64,000 nucleotides of DNA, taken from Mytilus trossulus. Taxonomy: Eukaryota. Positions within the stretch are counted from its first letter, which is position 1, and every line of letters starts with the position of its first letter. This document shows positions 1-12,518 of the stretch, one piece after another. The notes under the pieces are model-generated. The model did not search any database. It was not told the origin of the DNA and worked only from the letters and a program-made list of their open reading frames with translations. A program made the position numbers and the translations under genes. Location: assembly GCF_036588685.1 (NCBI RefSeq), contig NW_026963294.1, forward strand, positions 124,001 to 188,000, in the 5' to 3' direction.

Positions 1-239
1 TAAAGAAACTCGGATTAGATTGAAAGACAAATCGGACCAGTTTGAAACAATGATTGGACCCATTTAAGGACGATTCCAAATATTTTCAAAGACAACTATG
101 AACAATGTGAAACACTGATTGGGTCCATTTAAAACGGTTGATTCAAGGAAAAAAAGGGGGTAGAGGATGTAAGACCCGGCTCCCCCCGTTTGATCGCCAA
201 AAATAATAAATAATTTTTCACGCTATATACAATTTTTTT

Positions 240-391
240 GGAATTGGGGAGGAGGGTGTCGTAGAACAACTGATTCACCTCAGTGAGGGTCTGGAATGGG
301 GGAGGAGGGTGTCGTAGAACAACTGATTCATCTCAGTGAGGGTCTGGAATGGGGGGGAGGGTGTCGTAGAACAACTGATTCAACTCAGTGA
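240..391. repeat. 53-bp tandem repeat, about 3 copies
   Basis: ggaatgggggaggagggtgtcgtagaacaactgattcanctcagtga recurs at about 240, 293 and 346. Confidence 0.9.
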
Positions 392-980
392 CACATATAA
401 ATTCAGAAAGTAAATTGGCAATGTTTTTTTGTAGAATAGTATATTTGTTTTGTACAAGTTCAACTTGTATGCGAAAACAGTCATGTACGTGCACTTAATT
501 TTCTTGTTGGCTTTATTTCAAGAAAAAAATAATTTACGTGTTCCCTTGGTAAATGCAGGAATTTTCACTTCCGCACACAAAAGTCTACACTTTCTGATAT
601 GTCAAATCCTCTGTTTGCTAAGAATTTATCTCCTGTTAAAAGTTTCGTTAACAGTCGACAATTTTCAGTTATTTTCTGTTTACTAGATCGTCCGACCTCA
701 CGTTCACCCAACCTTTAGACAGACGGTATATAAGAGGGTGTGGATGGGGTATACAGAATAGAGAAAAATGGGCAAAAATAAAGAATAGAGTAAAATGGGC
801 AAAAAAGAGAATAGAGAATAATGGGGTGCTAAAATATAATGAATAACTGCAAAATTTCAAGAATTGGGTAAAAATATACTGATTACAGAAAAGAACAATG
901 TTCCGTCAGAATACAGTTATCAAGTTATTACAGAATAGCCATTATTGTTAAAGATAACGAATAACAAGCGAAAAAAAATA

Positions 981-1134
981 AAGAATAACAGTACTGTAGT
1001 TGAAGATTTTGATTTGACGGTCGCAAATCTCCGTTTTACTGTCTCCACTACGCGTCGCCAGTAAAACTGCATTTGCGACCGTCAAATCTACAATTGACGG
1101 TGGCATTTCTTCAACTACAGTACTGTTGTTCCTT
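981..1134. mobile_element. Fold-back MITE-like palindrome, about 150 bp
   Basis: Nested inverted repeats: aacagtactgtagttgaaga/tcttcaactacagtactgtt, gatttgacggtcgcaaat/atttgcgaccgtcaaatc, gttttactg/cagtaaaac. The right half recurs at about 2146-2197. Confidence 0.7.
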
Positions 1135-1149
1135 CAATATATACATGCA

Positions 1150-3310
1150 AGCAGCAACACAAAAACACAAATAACACAACGTAAAAGTAAATGTGGAGTA
1201 TACGTCTACATGTAAACAGCAACCAAACAACACACAAAACAGGTAGTAAAAGTAGATGTGGAGTATACGTCAACGTGTATACAGCAACCTAACAACACAC
1301 AAAACAGATAATAAAAGTAGATGTGGAGTATACGTCAACGTGTATACAGCAACCCAACAACACACAAAACAGATCGTCAAAGTAGATGTGGAGTATACGT
1401 CATAGTGTATACAGTAACACAATAACACACACAACAGATAGTCAAAGTAGATGCGGAGTATACGTCTACATGTATACAGCAACCCAACAACACACATAAT
1501 AGATCGTCAAAATAGATGTGGAGTATACGTCATAGTGTATACAGTAACACAATAACACACAAAACAGATAGTCAAAGCAGATGTGGAGTATACGTCTACA
1601 TGTAAACAGCAACCCAACAACACACAAAACAGATAGTAAAAGTATATGTGGAGTATACGTCAACGTGTATACAGCAACGCAACAACACACAAAACAGATA
1701 ATAAAAGTCGATGTGGAGTATGCGTCAACGTATATACAGCAACGCAACAACACACTTAATAGATCATGAGTATACGTCAACGTGTATACAGCAACGCAAC
1801 AACACACAAAACAGATAGTAAAAGAAGATTTGGAGTACGTATACGTCAACGTGTATACAGCAACCCAACAACACACAAAACAGATAGTAAAAGTAGATGT
1901 GGAGTATATGTCAATTGTATACAGCAACCCCACAGCACACAAAACAGATATTAAAAGCAGATTGTGAGTAAACGTCAATTGTATACAGCAACCCAACAAC
2001 ACACAAAACAGATATTAAAAGCAGATCCTAAGGCGAATACATGTACATGCAGTAACCAAGCGTAACAACTAATATATTTTTAACGTAGATGTGGAGTGTA
2101 CATTTATACGTCAGTGTGTTTACAGTAACAAAACGACACACATGACAAATCTACAATTGACGGTGGCAGTTCTTCAACTACAGAACTGTTGTTCCTTAAA
2201 TATATACAAGCAGCAACACAAAGACACAAATAACACAACGTAAAAGTAAATGTGGAGTATACGTCTACATGTAAACAGCAACCAAACAACACACAAAACA
2301 GATAATAAAAGTAGATGTGGAGTAATTGCTACGTCAACGTTTATACAGCAACCCAACAACACACAAAACAGTTCGTCAAAGTAGATGTGGAGTATACGTC
2401 ATAGTGTATACAGTAGAGTAACAAAATAACACATAAAACAGATAGTCAAAGTAGATGTGGAGTATACGTCTACATGTATACAGCAACCCAACAACACACA
2501 TAATAGTTCGTCAAAGTACATGTGGAGTATACGTCATAGTGTATACAGTAACACAATAACACACAAAACAGATAGTCAAAGTAGATGTGGAGTATACGTC
2601 TACATGTAAACAGCAACCAAACAACACACAAAACAGGTAGTAAAAGTATATGTGGAGTATACGTCAACGTGTATACAGCAACGCAACAACACACAAAACA
2701 GATAATAAAAGTAGATGTGGAGTATACGTCAACAAATATACAGCAACGCAACAACACACTTAATAGATCGTCAAAGTAGATGTGGAGTATACGTCATAGT
2801 GTATACAGTAACACAAAAACACACAAAACAGATAGTAAAAGTAGATGATGAGTATACGTCAACATATATACAGCAACACAACAACACACAAAACAGATAG
2901 TTAAAGAAGATGCGGAGTATACGTCAGCGTGTATACAACAACGCAACAACACACAAAACAGATAGTAAAAGAAGATGTGGAGTACGTATACGTCAACGTG
3001 TATACAGCAACCCAACAACACACAAAACAGATAGTAAAAGTAGATGTGAAGTACGTAAACGTCAACGTGTATACAGCAACCCAACAACACACAAAACAGA
3101 TAGTAAAAGTAGATGTGGAGTATATGTCAATTGTATACAGCAACCCCACAGCACACAAAACAGATATTAAAAGCAGATTGGGAGTAAACGTCAATTGTAT
3201 ACAGCAACCCCACAGCACACAAAACAGATATTAAAAGCAGATTGGGAGTAAACGTCAATTGTATACAGCAACCCAACAACACACAAAACAGATATTAAAA
3301 GCAGATTCTG
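1150..3310. repeat. 65-bp satellite, subtype A, arranged as a ~1.06-1.2 kb higher-order duplication
   Basis: Unit aaagtagatgtggagtatacgtcaacgtgtatacagcaacccaacaacacacaaaacagatagt. The block 1082-2145 is repeated from 2146. Confidence 0.95.
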
Positions 3311-3350
3311 GGTATATCCTAAGGCGAATACAGTAACCAAGCGTAACAAC

Positions 3351-4751
3351 CAGGCCTGGGGTAATGATAATTTGTAATTGTAATGCATTGTAATATTACA
3401 TTTTTTGGATGTAATGCAAAGTAATTTGTAATGCACATTTTCTGCATTACAATTACATGTAATGTCATGATTACTTTAGTTAAAAACTGATGTACTGCAT
3501 CCATTACAGTACATTACTTTTCATTACAAATTGGTAAAATAGATAAAATTGAAGAATATTGTATCATAAAAATAAAATATTAACAAAAACAAAAGAAAGT
3601 TTGGAATAAAATTAATTTTTGTCACAGTTAATTACTGTATCAAATTAATTACATCAATCTATAAAACACACATTAATGTGAGAAATATAAAATGGTAAAA
3701 AATATCAAGTCTTTGATCTTGGTTTCTGATATTTGTTTAATATGATATGGGAATATTTTGGTGTTTGGTGGTCTATGAAAAATCTTATAAAAAAAATTAT
3801 CAAACAAAACTATATAGATCAATGAAAAAATATGAAGATGAAAATTTCATAATTCTATACACACCTTACATGTATTTTAATGAAAGATTGAATATATCAA
3901 ACAACATTTTTAAACCAAACTCAGGGTTGGGTCCTGCCTGTTTTGTTATTTCACCTAATTAATATCACAATGTTTTTATTGCAATCAAATCTTCTCAACT
4001 TATGTTTGTCCTCACCTCCCTTAGGCATTTCACAACATTACCCTTTAATGACACATTTATTATATCCCTTTGAAATCCTTAATGATGTCTTAATGATTAA
4101 GTGATCAATGTTAGAAACAAAATTATATGATAATTTATTTATTTTTTACCACCACCTAAGAAACTTGAAAGTGACTTTTTCAGTTTCATGCCTCCTACTA
4201 CTCAATCAAAGGGTATAGACACAGATATGGTGCAGTACATGATGTTGACATCTACTTGTCTGAGCCATGATGATGTGAAGAAATTTCAAACAATGCACTG
4301 GAATAATGGAAGTCAAATTCAGTGTGCCTTTCTTTTTTGGCTAATACAGCTATCAAGTATTTAGCCATTTTCCACACATTAGCTCCTGTAGAAAGGCTTT
4401 TAAGTATTGCCAGAAAAGTGAAAAAAGAACTGATCGCTGTTCTCTCAATGGCATCACATTTAAACCACTTATGATGATAAAGTGCAATGGACATATTAAT
4501 TACCCAGTATTTGAAGTCTATATGTACCTAACACTGTATACATATGTACATTTACCTCTGTTTTTGAAATGCTTTTTGTTTTTATATTGAAAAAGTAATG
4601 TGTAATGTATTATGCATTACACAGGCAAAGTAATTGTAATGTAATGCATTACATGTGAGAAAAATGTAATTGTAATTGTAATTGTAATGGAAAAATCACA
4701 AAGTTATTGTAATGTAATGCATTACATTGCAATGTAATGGCCCCAGCCCTG
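3351..4751. mobile_element. Non-autonomous hAT-type DNA transposon, 1401 bp
   Basis: TIRs CAGGCCTGGGG / CCCCAGCCCTG; 8-bp TSD GTAACAAC (3343-3350, 4752-4759); tgtaat/attac subterminal repeats; empty site in the paralogous block at about 2060-2075. Confidence 0.9.
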
Positions 4752-4779
4752 GTAACAACTAATATATTTTTAACGTAGA

Positions 4780-5674
4780 TGTGGAGTGTACATTTATACG
4801 TCAGTGTGTTAACAGTAACAAAACGACACACATGACATATATAGTAAAAGTAGATGTGGAGTATACGTCAACGTGTAAACAGCAACCCTACGACACAAAA
4901 AAGCATACAATCAAAGTAGATGTGAAGTATACGTCACCATGTAAACAGCAACCCTACGACATAAAAAACATACAATCAAAGTAGATAGAAAGTATACGTC
5001 AACGTGTAAACAGCAATCCTACGACACAAAAAACATCCAATCAAAGTAGATGTGGAGTATACGTCAACGTGTAAACAGCAATCCTACGACACAAAAAAGC
5101 ATACAATCAAAGAAGATAGAAAGTATACTTCAACGTGTAAACAGCAACCTTACGACACAAAAAACATAAAATCAAAGTAGATGTGGAGTTTACGTCAACG
5201 TGTAAACAGCAACCATACGACACAAAAACATGCAATCAAAGTAGATCTGAAGTATACGTCAACGTGTAAACAACAATCCTACGACACAAAAAACATGCAA
5301 TCAAAGTAGATGGAAAGTATACGTCAACGTGTAAACAGCAATCCTACGACACAAAAAACATACAATCAAAGTAGATGTGAAGTATACGTCAACGTGTAAA
5401 CAGCAACCCTACGACACAAAAAACATAAAATCAAAGTAGATGTGAAGTATACGTCAACGTGTAAACAGCAACCATTGTTACGACACAAAAAAACATACAA
5501 TCAAGGTAGATGGAAAGTATACGTCAACGTGTCAAACAGCAACCCTACGACAAAAAAAACATAATCAAAGTAGATGTGAAGTATACGTCAACGTGTAAAC
5601 AGCAACCCTACGACAAAAAAAACATAATCAAAGTAGATGTGAAGTATACGTCAACGTGTTAATTCAACCCTACG
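4780..5674. repeat. 64-65 bp satellite, subtype B (left part)
   Basis: Unit aaagtagatgtgaagtatacgtcaacgtgtaaacagcaaccctacgacacaaaaaacatacaatc, cut by the LTR at ctacg|tg. Confidence 0.95.
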
Positions 5675-6155
5675 TGTAGCGGCCAAATTTGAGAACAAAA
5701 AACATTGTTGCCTATTGTTGCATTTTTTGGTAAGTAGTGATATTCTATTTTGAGATAAGTTACTTTCCCTTTACTTTAATGAACCCCTTCAGTGAATTTG
5801 CACGAAACGTGCTTGATGAAAATCTTTGATTATGATGAAAATAAGGAATACCAGAGTCAACCAATATGGTATGTTTCTTTTAGTTAATGCAGATAAAGAA
5901 TCTTTCATGTTTAAAGTTAGAAGTTTTGAGTTTAATTGATGAAAAACTGATAAAACTTGACCTTGATAATTTGGCAATTATTTACCGTAAATGTTATGAT
6001 AGTTGCACTTTTGTATTGTATTATAATTCACAAAATGTTAGTTTTGATAGTGAATTTAGTGTGTTTTATCTTTTATTTTGTAGTTAATCTTTTCGTTCTT
6101 GAATAAAGAGAATTGAACGGAAGGAATTAGTATTTTATTTGGTATAGACATCATA
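5675..6155 (+). repeat. 5' LTR of BEL/Pao element
   Basis: tgtagcggccaaattt...tagacatcata; matches 26433-26971 apart from a 53-bp indel and scattered substitutions. Confidence 0.92.
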
Positions 6156-6171
6156 TCCTTAGCATATTGAC

Positions 6172-6434
6172 ATGGATTTAATAGAAAGCGACACCAAAGC
6201 TACTAAAGACGAAGAAAGTGCAAATATGATAGACACAAATGTAATTGAAGAAAGTGCAAATATAAAAGACACAAATGTAATTGAAGAAAGTGCAAATATA
6301 ATAGACACAGATGAAAAGGAAGAAACGATCAGTACGACTACATGTAGTTCGGAATCAGAACATGTAGATGGTGCCAGAGCAAGAACATTGTCAGAAAAAG
6401 GACAACAATACGAATTTGATAAGCTAGTCCATAG
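6172..6434 (+). pseudogene. BEL gag N-terminus, interrupted by the Mutator-like element
   Basis: MDLIESD... with about 3 copies of a 12-aa repeat (EESANxIDTNVI) and an R-x-L-S-E-K-G motif; continues after 12518. Confidence 0.75.
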
Positions 6435-7569
6435 GGTACGCACTGAAACCCGGACCGGACCGGACTCCGGACCCGAACTTGGGTATGAAACCCGGACCCG
6501 GACCCGGACTGAACGCCGGACCCGGACTGTCAAAAATTATGAATTTTCTTATCAAACTCCCCGGCAGTTCCAGTTCCGATCCGCATACGGGCCCGAATAC
6601 TACTCTACACTAATTGATGGAGTAAAGGAAAAAAGTTCCGGAACGGAAACGATCACTGTACGGAGTTTGTTTTCTTATAAATACCTTTTCTTTTTTAATT
6701 AAGTGGAAGGAAGATATTTTTTGGAGAACCGTAACACATTATATTAATTATGAGATCATCAAATTTTGCTCTTACTCTTGTATAGTCTAGCATGCAAGTT
6801 AGACTTGCAATGATTCTGAATCTTCAATTTACAGTTGTGCAACTACTTTAAATATATATATATATATATGTATCAATGTTTACAAATGAGTTTAAAAATA
6901 TATATATATATATGTGTATCAATGTTTACAAATGACTTTAAAAAAAAGCCATAGAAATATTTTTTTTATAAATTATAGGGAGAAAGTTGATTTTCTTAAA
7001 ATTATTTTTTCCTTTTTTTGTTCATCTATGTGAGACATATAATACAATTATTATGTTTCTGAAACTATCCAGAAGGAAGTTTATTTTGGCAGAAATATAC
7101 AAGATGCATTACATCTATAATGATTATGAAAATGAATCAGACCTGTATAACCAGACCTGATACATACCATGACAGTAGTTTATATGGGCATTAGTGACGC
7201 GATGCATGAACCTGCATTACGTAATTGTGTAATAAGTGTATAAAAGTCCGATAGGAAATGGCAAGAATACCTAGTCATGTCACCTCACAATAACTCTGGC
7301 AATAATACCATTAGTCATGCTGGTAAATTAGGGAAGGACCGAATTATAAACAAATGTAAAAAGTGTTATGACCAAAATGATATTTTGAAAACTGTTTTTA
7401 CACGGAACACCGCTAGTTTGACTTTGAACTATGTAATGATTTAAGCAATAATCTTATTTATATTCTCAGACATTTATTTGTTTCATAAACGTAGGAAAAA
7501 ATATTTTAAAAACGACTATAGTTGGCAGGAGTCCTTTTGTGCCAGTGAATGTTTTTCAAGGGTATCCTT

Positions 7570-7700
7570 ACCGCAAGATGTACAACTATAAATGGAGTGG
7601 AGGCATTTTCAATAAAAACGTTGAACTGTTTATGGATCCCATCCTTCAATATTTGTAGGTTCCGTTTACAAAATAGGCAAGCGACAAACTACTACATATA
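7570..7700 (+). pseudogene. Possible relic of the Mutator transposase C-terminal catalytic region
   Basis: Frameshifted translation RCTTINGVEAF...YGSHPSIF...QTTTY resembles the MULE RTxNxxExFH...HPxIF motif. Confidence 0.4.
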
Positions 7701-8962
7701 TTAAATTGTGAAACTCAGCAGCAGTATGAACATAACATGTTTCAGAGTAAATGGGGAATGTGTCCATGGGACACAGACGATGTACCCGCTTGCATATCAT
7801 ATATCATTTAATTTTTTTATTTTTTACGTAGTATAACAACTCCAGAAAGGTTTCATTGACATTACCAACATTCGAACTTGATCTCTTTGTTGTGTATAAG
7901 TTTCCTAACATTTGGTAAAGTCAAACCTTCGTGTATGTTAGAGAACGGAAACGAAAATTTCAGCATTTTTTTCCATTTGTAATGGAATTTTACTTTAGAG
8001 TGGTTTAAATGACACTTAAAAAAAATAAACTTGTCTGTGTTTTGTGGTAATATTATTAAGAATTGTGTATACACAGTGTGGGAACAGAACTGTACGGTTT
8101 TCTAATATTTTTGTCATTCTGGAGACTGTTAAGCATGGATCCGACATTTTGAAAATTACAAGTTGCTTGATGGAAACTTTCATGAACTCTAATATTACTT
8201 CATGACGTTTCTGCTTCAAATTTTGATAGCTTAATAATTTTCTATGTAACTATGAACCAATTAGATAATAAAAAAACGTGTTTCTTAGAATGGTGGAGAT
8301 CTGAGTAGAACGATTAAAGCTGTCTCACATCAGCGATCAAAACTGTCAAATAAACATCGAAAAACCAATCGTTTCTACCAGAATTTTCACGTGTACCTTT
8401 TCTGATATATAGTTTCACCTGTCTGAAAGTTTCAAAGCCATTGTTCAAGGAGAATTCCAAATATATTAGTTTTCTCTATGTCAGATATTTTTATTGACAG
8501 TACAATCGCTTGCAAATCTACTGTACAATCACTTGGAGCATTCATACACAATCGATCGACCGAGTTTTATGAAAAACATCGCATATGCATTTCATTGGTT
8601 GTTCCTTGTCTGTCCTAAAATATTCATCTATGGTATTTGAAATGAAAAAGAACTCAAAATCACTCATTTTGCCAATTACGATTATATCAAGGAACCTGTT
8701 TCAGGTGTCTATATCAGAGACAAAACTCGTACAATAAGTATACAAGACAAAATAAAGGTACAGTGCAAATGTAAAGAAATTACTAAAATGTAAATAATCC
8801 TCGTACAAAATAAAAAAAAATATTTATATAAACCGAAAGGTGGCTGTATGCTCTTGAAGGATAAGCATAGTGAAGTTTACTTAATTTATTATTTTCCATC
8901 AATTCAAAAAAAATATATATTTACGTATTTGAACAATACAACAAAATATGTGTTATACTCCA

Positions 8963-10070
8963 AGTCCGGGGTTATTTAAGGTCACGGTCCGGACTCGCCT
9001 AGTATTATTTTGTTGATTCTCGGGTAAACGTCTTTTATTAATGTTTCAGACGATAATCCAGTAAGCAAAAAAATGAATGAATAAAAATGATAAAGTTCGT
9101 TTCATCAAATAATTTGTGAAGTTTTATATCTCTATCGATGTCTATAGTTTGCGAATACACCTAGTCCGGGGTTGCTTCAGGTCACCATCCGGACTCGGCT
9201 AGTACATGTAATTGTTTCGTTAAATGTCGGATAAATAACTTATAATTGTTTTCTGTATTACATGCTTGATCAAAGGTCCCGTCAATATACTTTACGACAA
9301 TAAACAGTGTACATACAGTTAGTCGTCGAAATGCAATACACGCAGGTATAGTAAACTTCAAACTAGTCCGGGGTTTTGTCAGGTCACAGTCCGGACTCAC
9401 CTGTTCAACATTGTGTATTACATGGGTGATCGCTGCTTAAATGTCGTTTATTGATTTTTCCGATGACTATCGAATAATTTAAGAAATAGAAAAAATGAAT
9501 AAAAGAAAAGCCAAAAGAAAAACGGGGAAATAAATCTTTCAATTTAACTAATAATTTGGTATATTTATATACAATCTGTATACTCCCAGTCCGGGGTTAT
9601 TTAAGGTCACGGTCCGGACTCGCCTAGTATTATTTTGTTGATTCTCGGGTAAACGTCTTTTATTAATGTTTCAGACGATAATCCAGTAAGCAAAAAAATG
9701 AATGAATAAAAATGATAAAGTTCGTTTCATCAAATAATTTGTGAAGTTTTATATCTCTATCGATGTCTATAGTTTGCGAATACACCTAGTCCGGGGTTAC
9801 TTCAGGTCACCATCCGGACTCGGCTAGTACATGTAATTGTTTCGTTAAATGTCGGATAAATAACTTATAATTGTTTTCTGTATTACATGCTTGATCAAAG
9901 GTCCCGTCAATATACTTTACGACAATAAACAGTGTACATACAGTTAGTCGTCGAAATGCAATACACGCAGGTATAGTAAACTTCAAACTAGTCCGGGGTT
10001 ATGTCAGGTCACAGTCCGGACTCACCTGTTCAACATTGTGTATTACATGGGTGATCGATCGTTGCTTAAA
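8963..10070. repeat. Six palindromic 33-bp motifs at ~200-bp spacing (2 x 625-bp duplication)
   Basis: AGTCCGGGGTTnnntnAGGTCACnnTCCGGACT at 8963, 9163, 9365, 9588, 9788 and 9990. Confidence 0.9.
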
Positions 10071-10594
10071 TTTTATTGGAGCAATTTAAACTTTGTATCA
10101 TCCAATCAGGAGCTGCATAATATTTTATTCAGAGTACCATCTTGGGGTAAAAAATATCACGGTTAATGGATACGGCCTTTGTAATATGCCACTCATTGTA
10201 TATAACACAAGATTATTTCTGTATTTCTTACCAAAGGAATACTACTGATACGGAGATTACGAGTGAATAATTCTTAAGCGAGGTATCTCAGTTCATTTTG
10301 ACAATGGATTGTCAAATAAAATTATTTCACTATATTGAACATTATTTATTATTTCATTATATCTCGTAGCTAATGCCCCTTTAAATCTAACTTCTATACA
10401 TGCTTGATTATGATTGATAGTGTAGTCTTTGACACCTTTTCACATCTGATTGTTCAATTATTTTTATAGACTTTGTGATGACAATCCGAAATAAGCAAGT
10501 ATATCTTATTTTTTTTTATTTTACTGTAGAAAAAAATGGAGTAATTAAAATACTATAGTTATTGACCAGTGAAGCGTTATTTGAGATGTTGATA

Positions 10595-11010
10595 TAAGAA
10601 TAAGAATGATGTGATGTGATGTGATTGCAAATGAGAGCTGACAAAGAAGACCAAATGACACAGACATATACAACTATAGGTCACAGTACGACCTTCAAAA
10701 CTGTGCAAATTACATACAAGAAACTCAGCTATAGAAGGCCCTAATAATGACAAAAGGAAAAGAAATCGCTATAATGAAAGATATACAAATGTATTACACA
10801 TCAACAAACGACAACCACTAAATTGCAGGCTCCTGACTTGGGACAGACACATACTTAATGTTGTCAGTTTTAACTCGTTTGAAGGCGACAGCCTCCCCCC
10901 CCCTTAACTTGGGGCAGTGCTGTAAAATAAGAACAAACTATTAAAATCAGTAGAAAAAAATATTAACTCATCAGATGGATACAAATAGATTTACAAAAAC
11001 AGAGTATACT
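10595..11010 (-). mobile_element. Degenerate copy of non-autonomous retroposon family 2
   Basis: Reverse complement is similar to 44835-45280, including ggctcctgacttgggacag. Confidence 0.7.
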
Positions 11011-11299
11011 TGGGTTGGTACTAATACTTGGATGGGTACTTATACAACTTATACAGCCACACAACATAACGACACCAACTACAAATATGAGAATGCTCGC
11101 ATTTACTGATCACAGCTAGTACATGGCCAACAACTAAAGGTAAAAAGCAATCCATCGTGGTTTATATTTTGGTTATTTTTAAAAACACTGAATTACCAAC
11201 AGCCTTAACGTATCTTGTAAGTAATTCCTGGTTGTGTCTTCTTTTTTCGTTTTCTTTCAATTAACTCAATATCCTTAAGCGAGTCTGTGTAAAACTTTG

Positions 11300-11600
11300 T
11301 CAATAATACAATATGAGGAACAGTAAAAGATCATAAGAATTAAGAGGAACAATTAAAAAGCATACAAATTCGTAGGAACTATAAGTCTTAGAGATTATAA
11401 TAACTCGGATGAACAATAAAAAGTCACAAGGAACAGCAAGAGGTCATAAGAATTCGGAGGAAAAATCAAGTCATAAGAATTCGGCGAACAATAAAAAGTC
11501 ATAAGAATTATGAGGAACAATAAGATATTATAAGAATTTGGAAGAACAATAAGATATCATAAACATTCGGAGGAACAATAAGAGATCATAGGAATTCTTA
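11300..11600. repeat. Degenerate ~28-bp tandem repeat
   Basis: aagaattcggaggaacaataaaaagtcat-like units. Confidence 0.75.
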
Positions 11601-12518
11601 TGATACTAGTTGACAATTCTGATATGTACAACTCGCTAACGAAAGAGGTTTATATTGATGAATAGAAAGTGATATTCACCTGCAATTTACCTGTGCACAA
11701 TCGGCGCAAATGAAAGATCGAAACTTTTAAAAATCGGCGTAAATGTCAAACACCAAATAAAACACGAGACTTTCATTACACAGTGACATAACAACGCTTA
11801 ATATTAATGTTCTCATGAAAGTGAACTAATATTAAAAGTGATTAATTAAGACTGCCAAAACAAGAAAGATCTAATTTCTTGTCCAATTGCATGTAAAGCA
11901 CAAGTTAAGTCTAAATTCGTAAATTTCGATAAATGTTTATGAAGAGGGAGAAAATAACCGTCATATATCATTTATAGAAGTAAAACATTGAGTCATAAGA
12001 CAAAAAAGTCGTAATAACTCAAAATTTATTTATACAGTTTCTTAGAGAAATATAAACACACGGGCGCATTATTTAGAAAAGCAGGAATTCTATTTTTCCC
12101 TTTATGTCTAGAAGAAGAAAACAAACAAAGAAATATAATCCTCGAATGTTTCAAACTGTTGCGCTTCACTCTTCCTTTGAATGAAAATTTAATTTGCTTT
12201 CATTGATAATAAAAAGATTTTATTAATTTCCATAAAACAATAACGACAAGGGAATTATTTTATCTCTTCCTTACTTTACTTTAATCTTTTTGGTCAATTT
12301 TGCGCTCGGAATGTGGATTTTTTTAAACTATACTATTATTTATTATATGACAGTATAAATCTTAAAAAAATATTCCTGAAAGTGGTTAAAAACCCACAGT
12401 CCGGGTCCGGCATTCAGTCCGGGTCCGGCGACCAGTCCGGGTCCGTGTCCGCGTTTCATACCAAAGTCCGGGTCCGGAGTCCGGTCCGGTCCGGGTTTCA
12501 GTGCGAACCAGTCCATAG

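Larger units (their letters stand above)
6435..12509. mobile_element. Mutator/MULE-like DNA transposon, 6075 bp, non-autonomous or decayed
   Basis: TIRs of about 55 bp, GGT(A/T)CGCACTGAAACCCGGACCGGACCGGACTCCGGACCCG...; 9-bp TSD AGTCCATAG (6426-6434, 12510-12518). Confidence 0.9.

Noticed and set aside
1270-3234. Many Cys/Tyr/Thr-rich ORFs
   Set aside because: They are translations of the 65-bp satellite on both strands
6172-6702. 176-aa ORF (and the 342-aa ORF at 12313) as independent genes
   Set aside because: They are chimeras of BEL gag and read-through of the MULE TIRs
8963-10022. CRISPR-like repeat-spacer appearance
   Set aside because: The context is eukaryotic, spacers are about 170 bp and duplicated or related, and there are no cas genes
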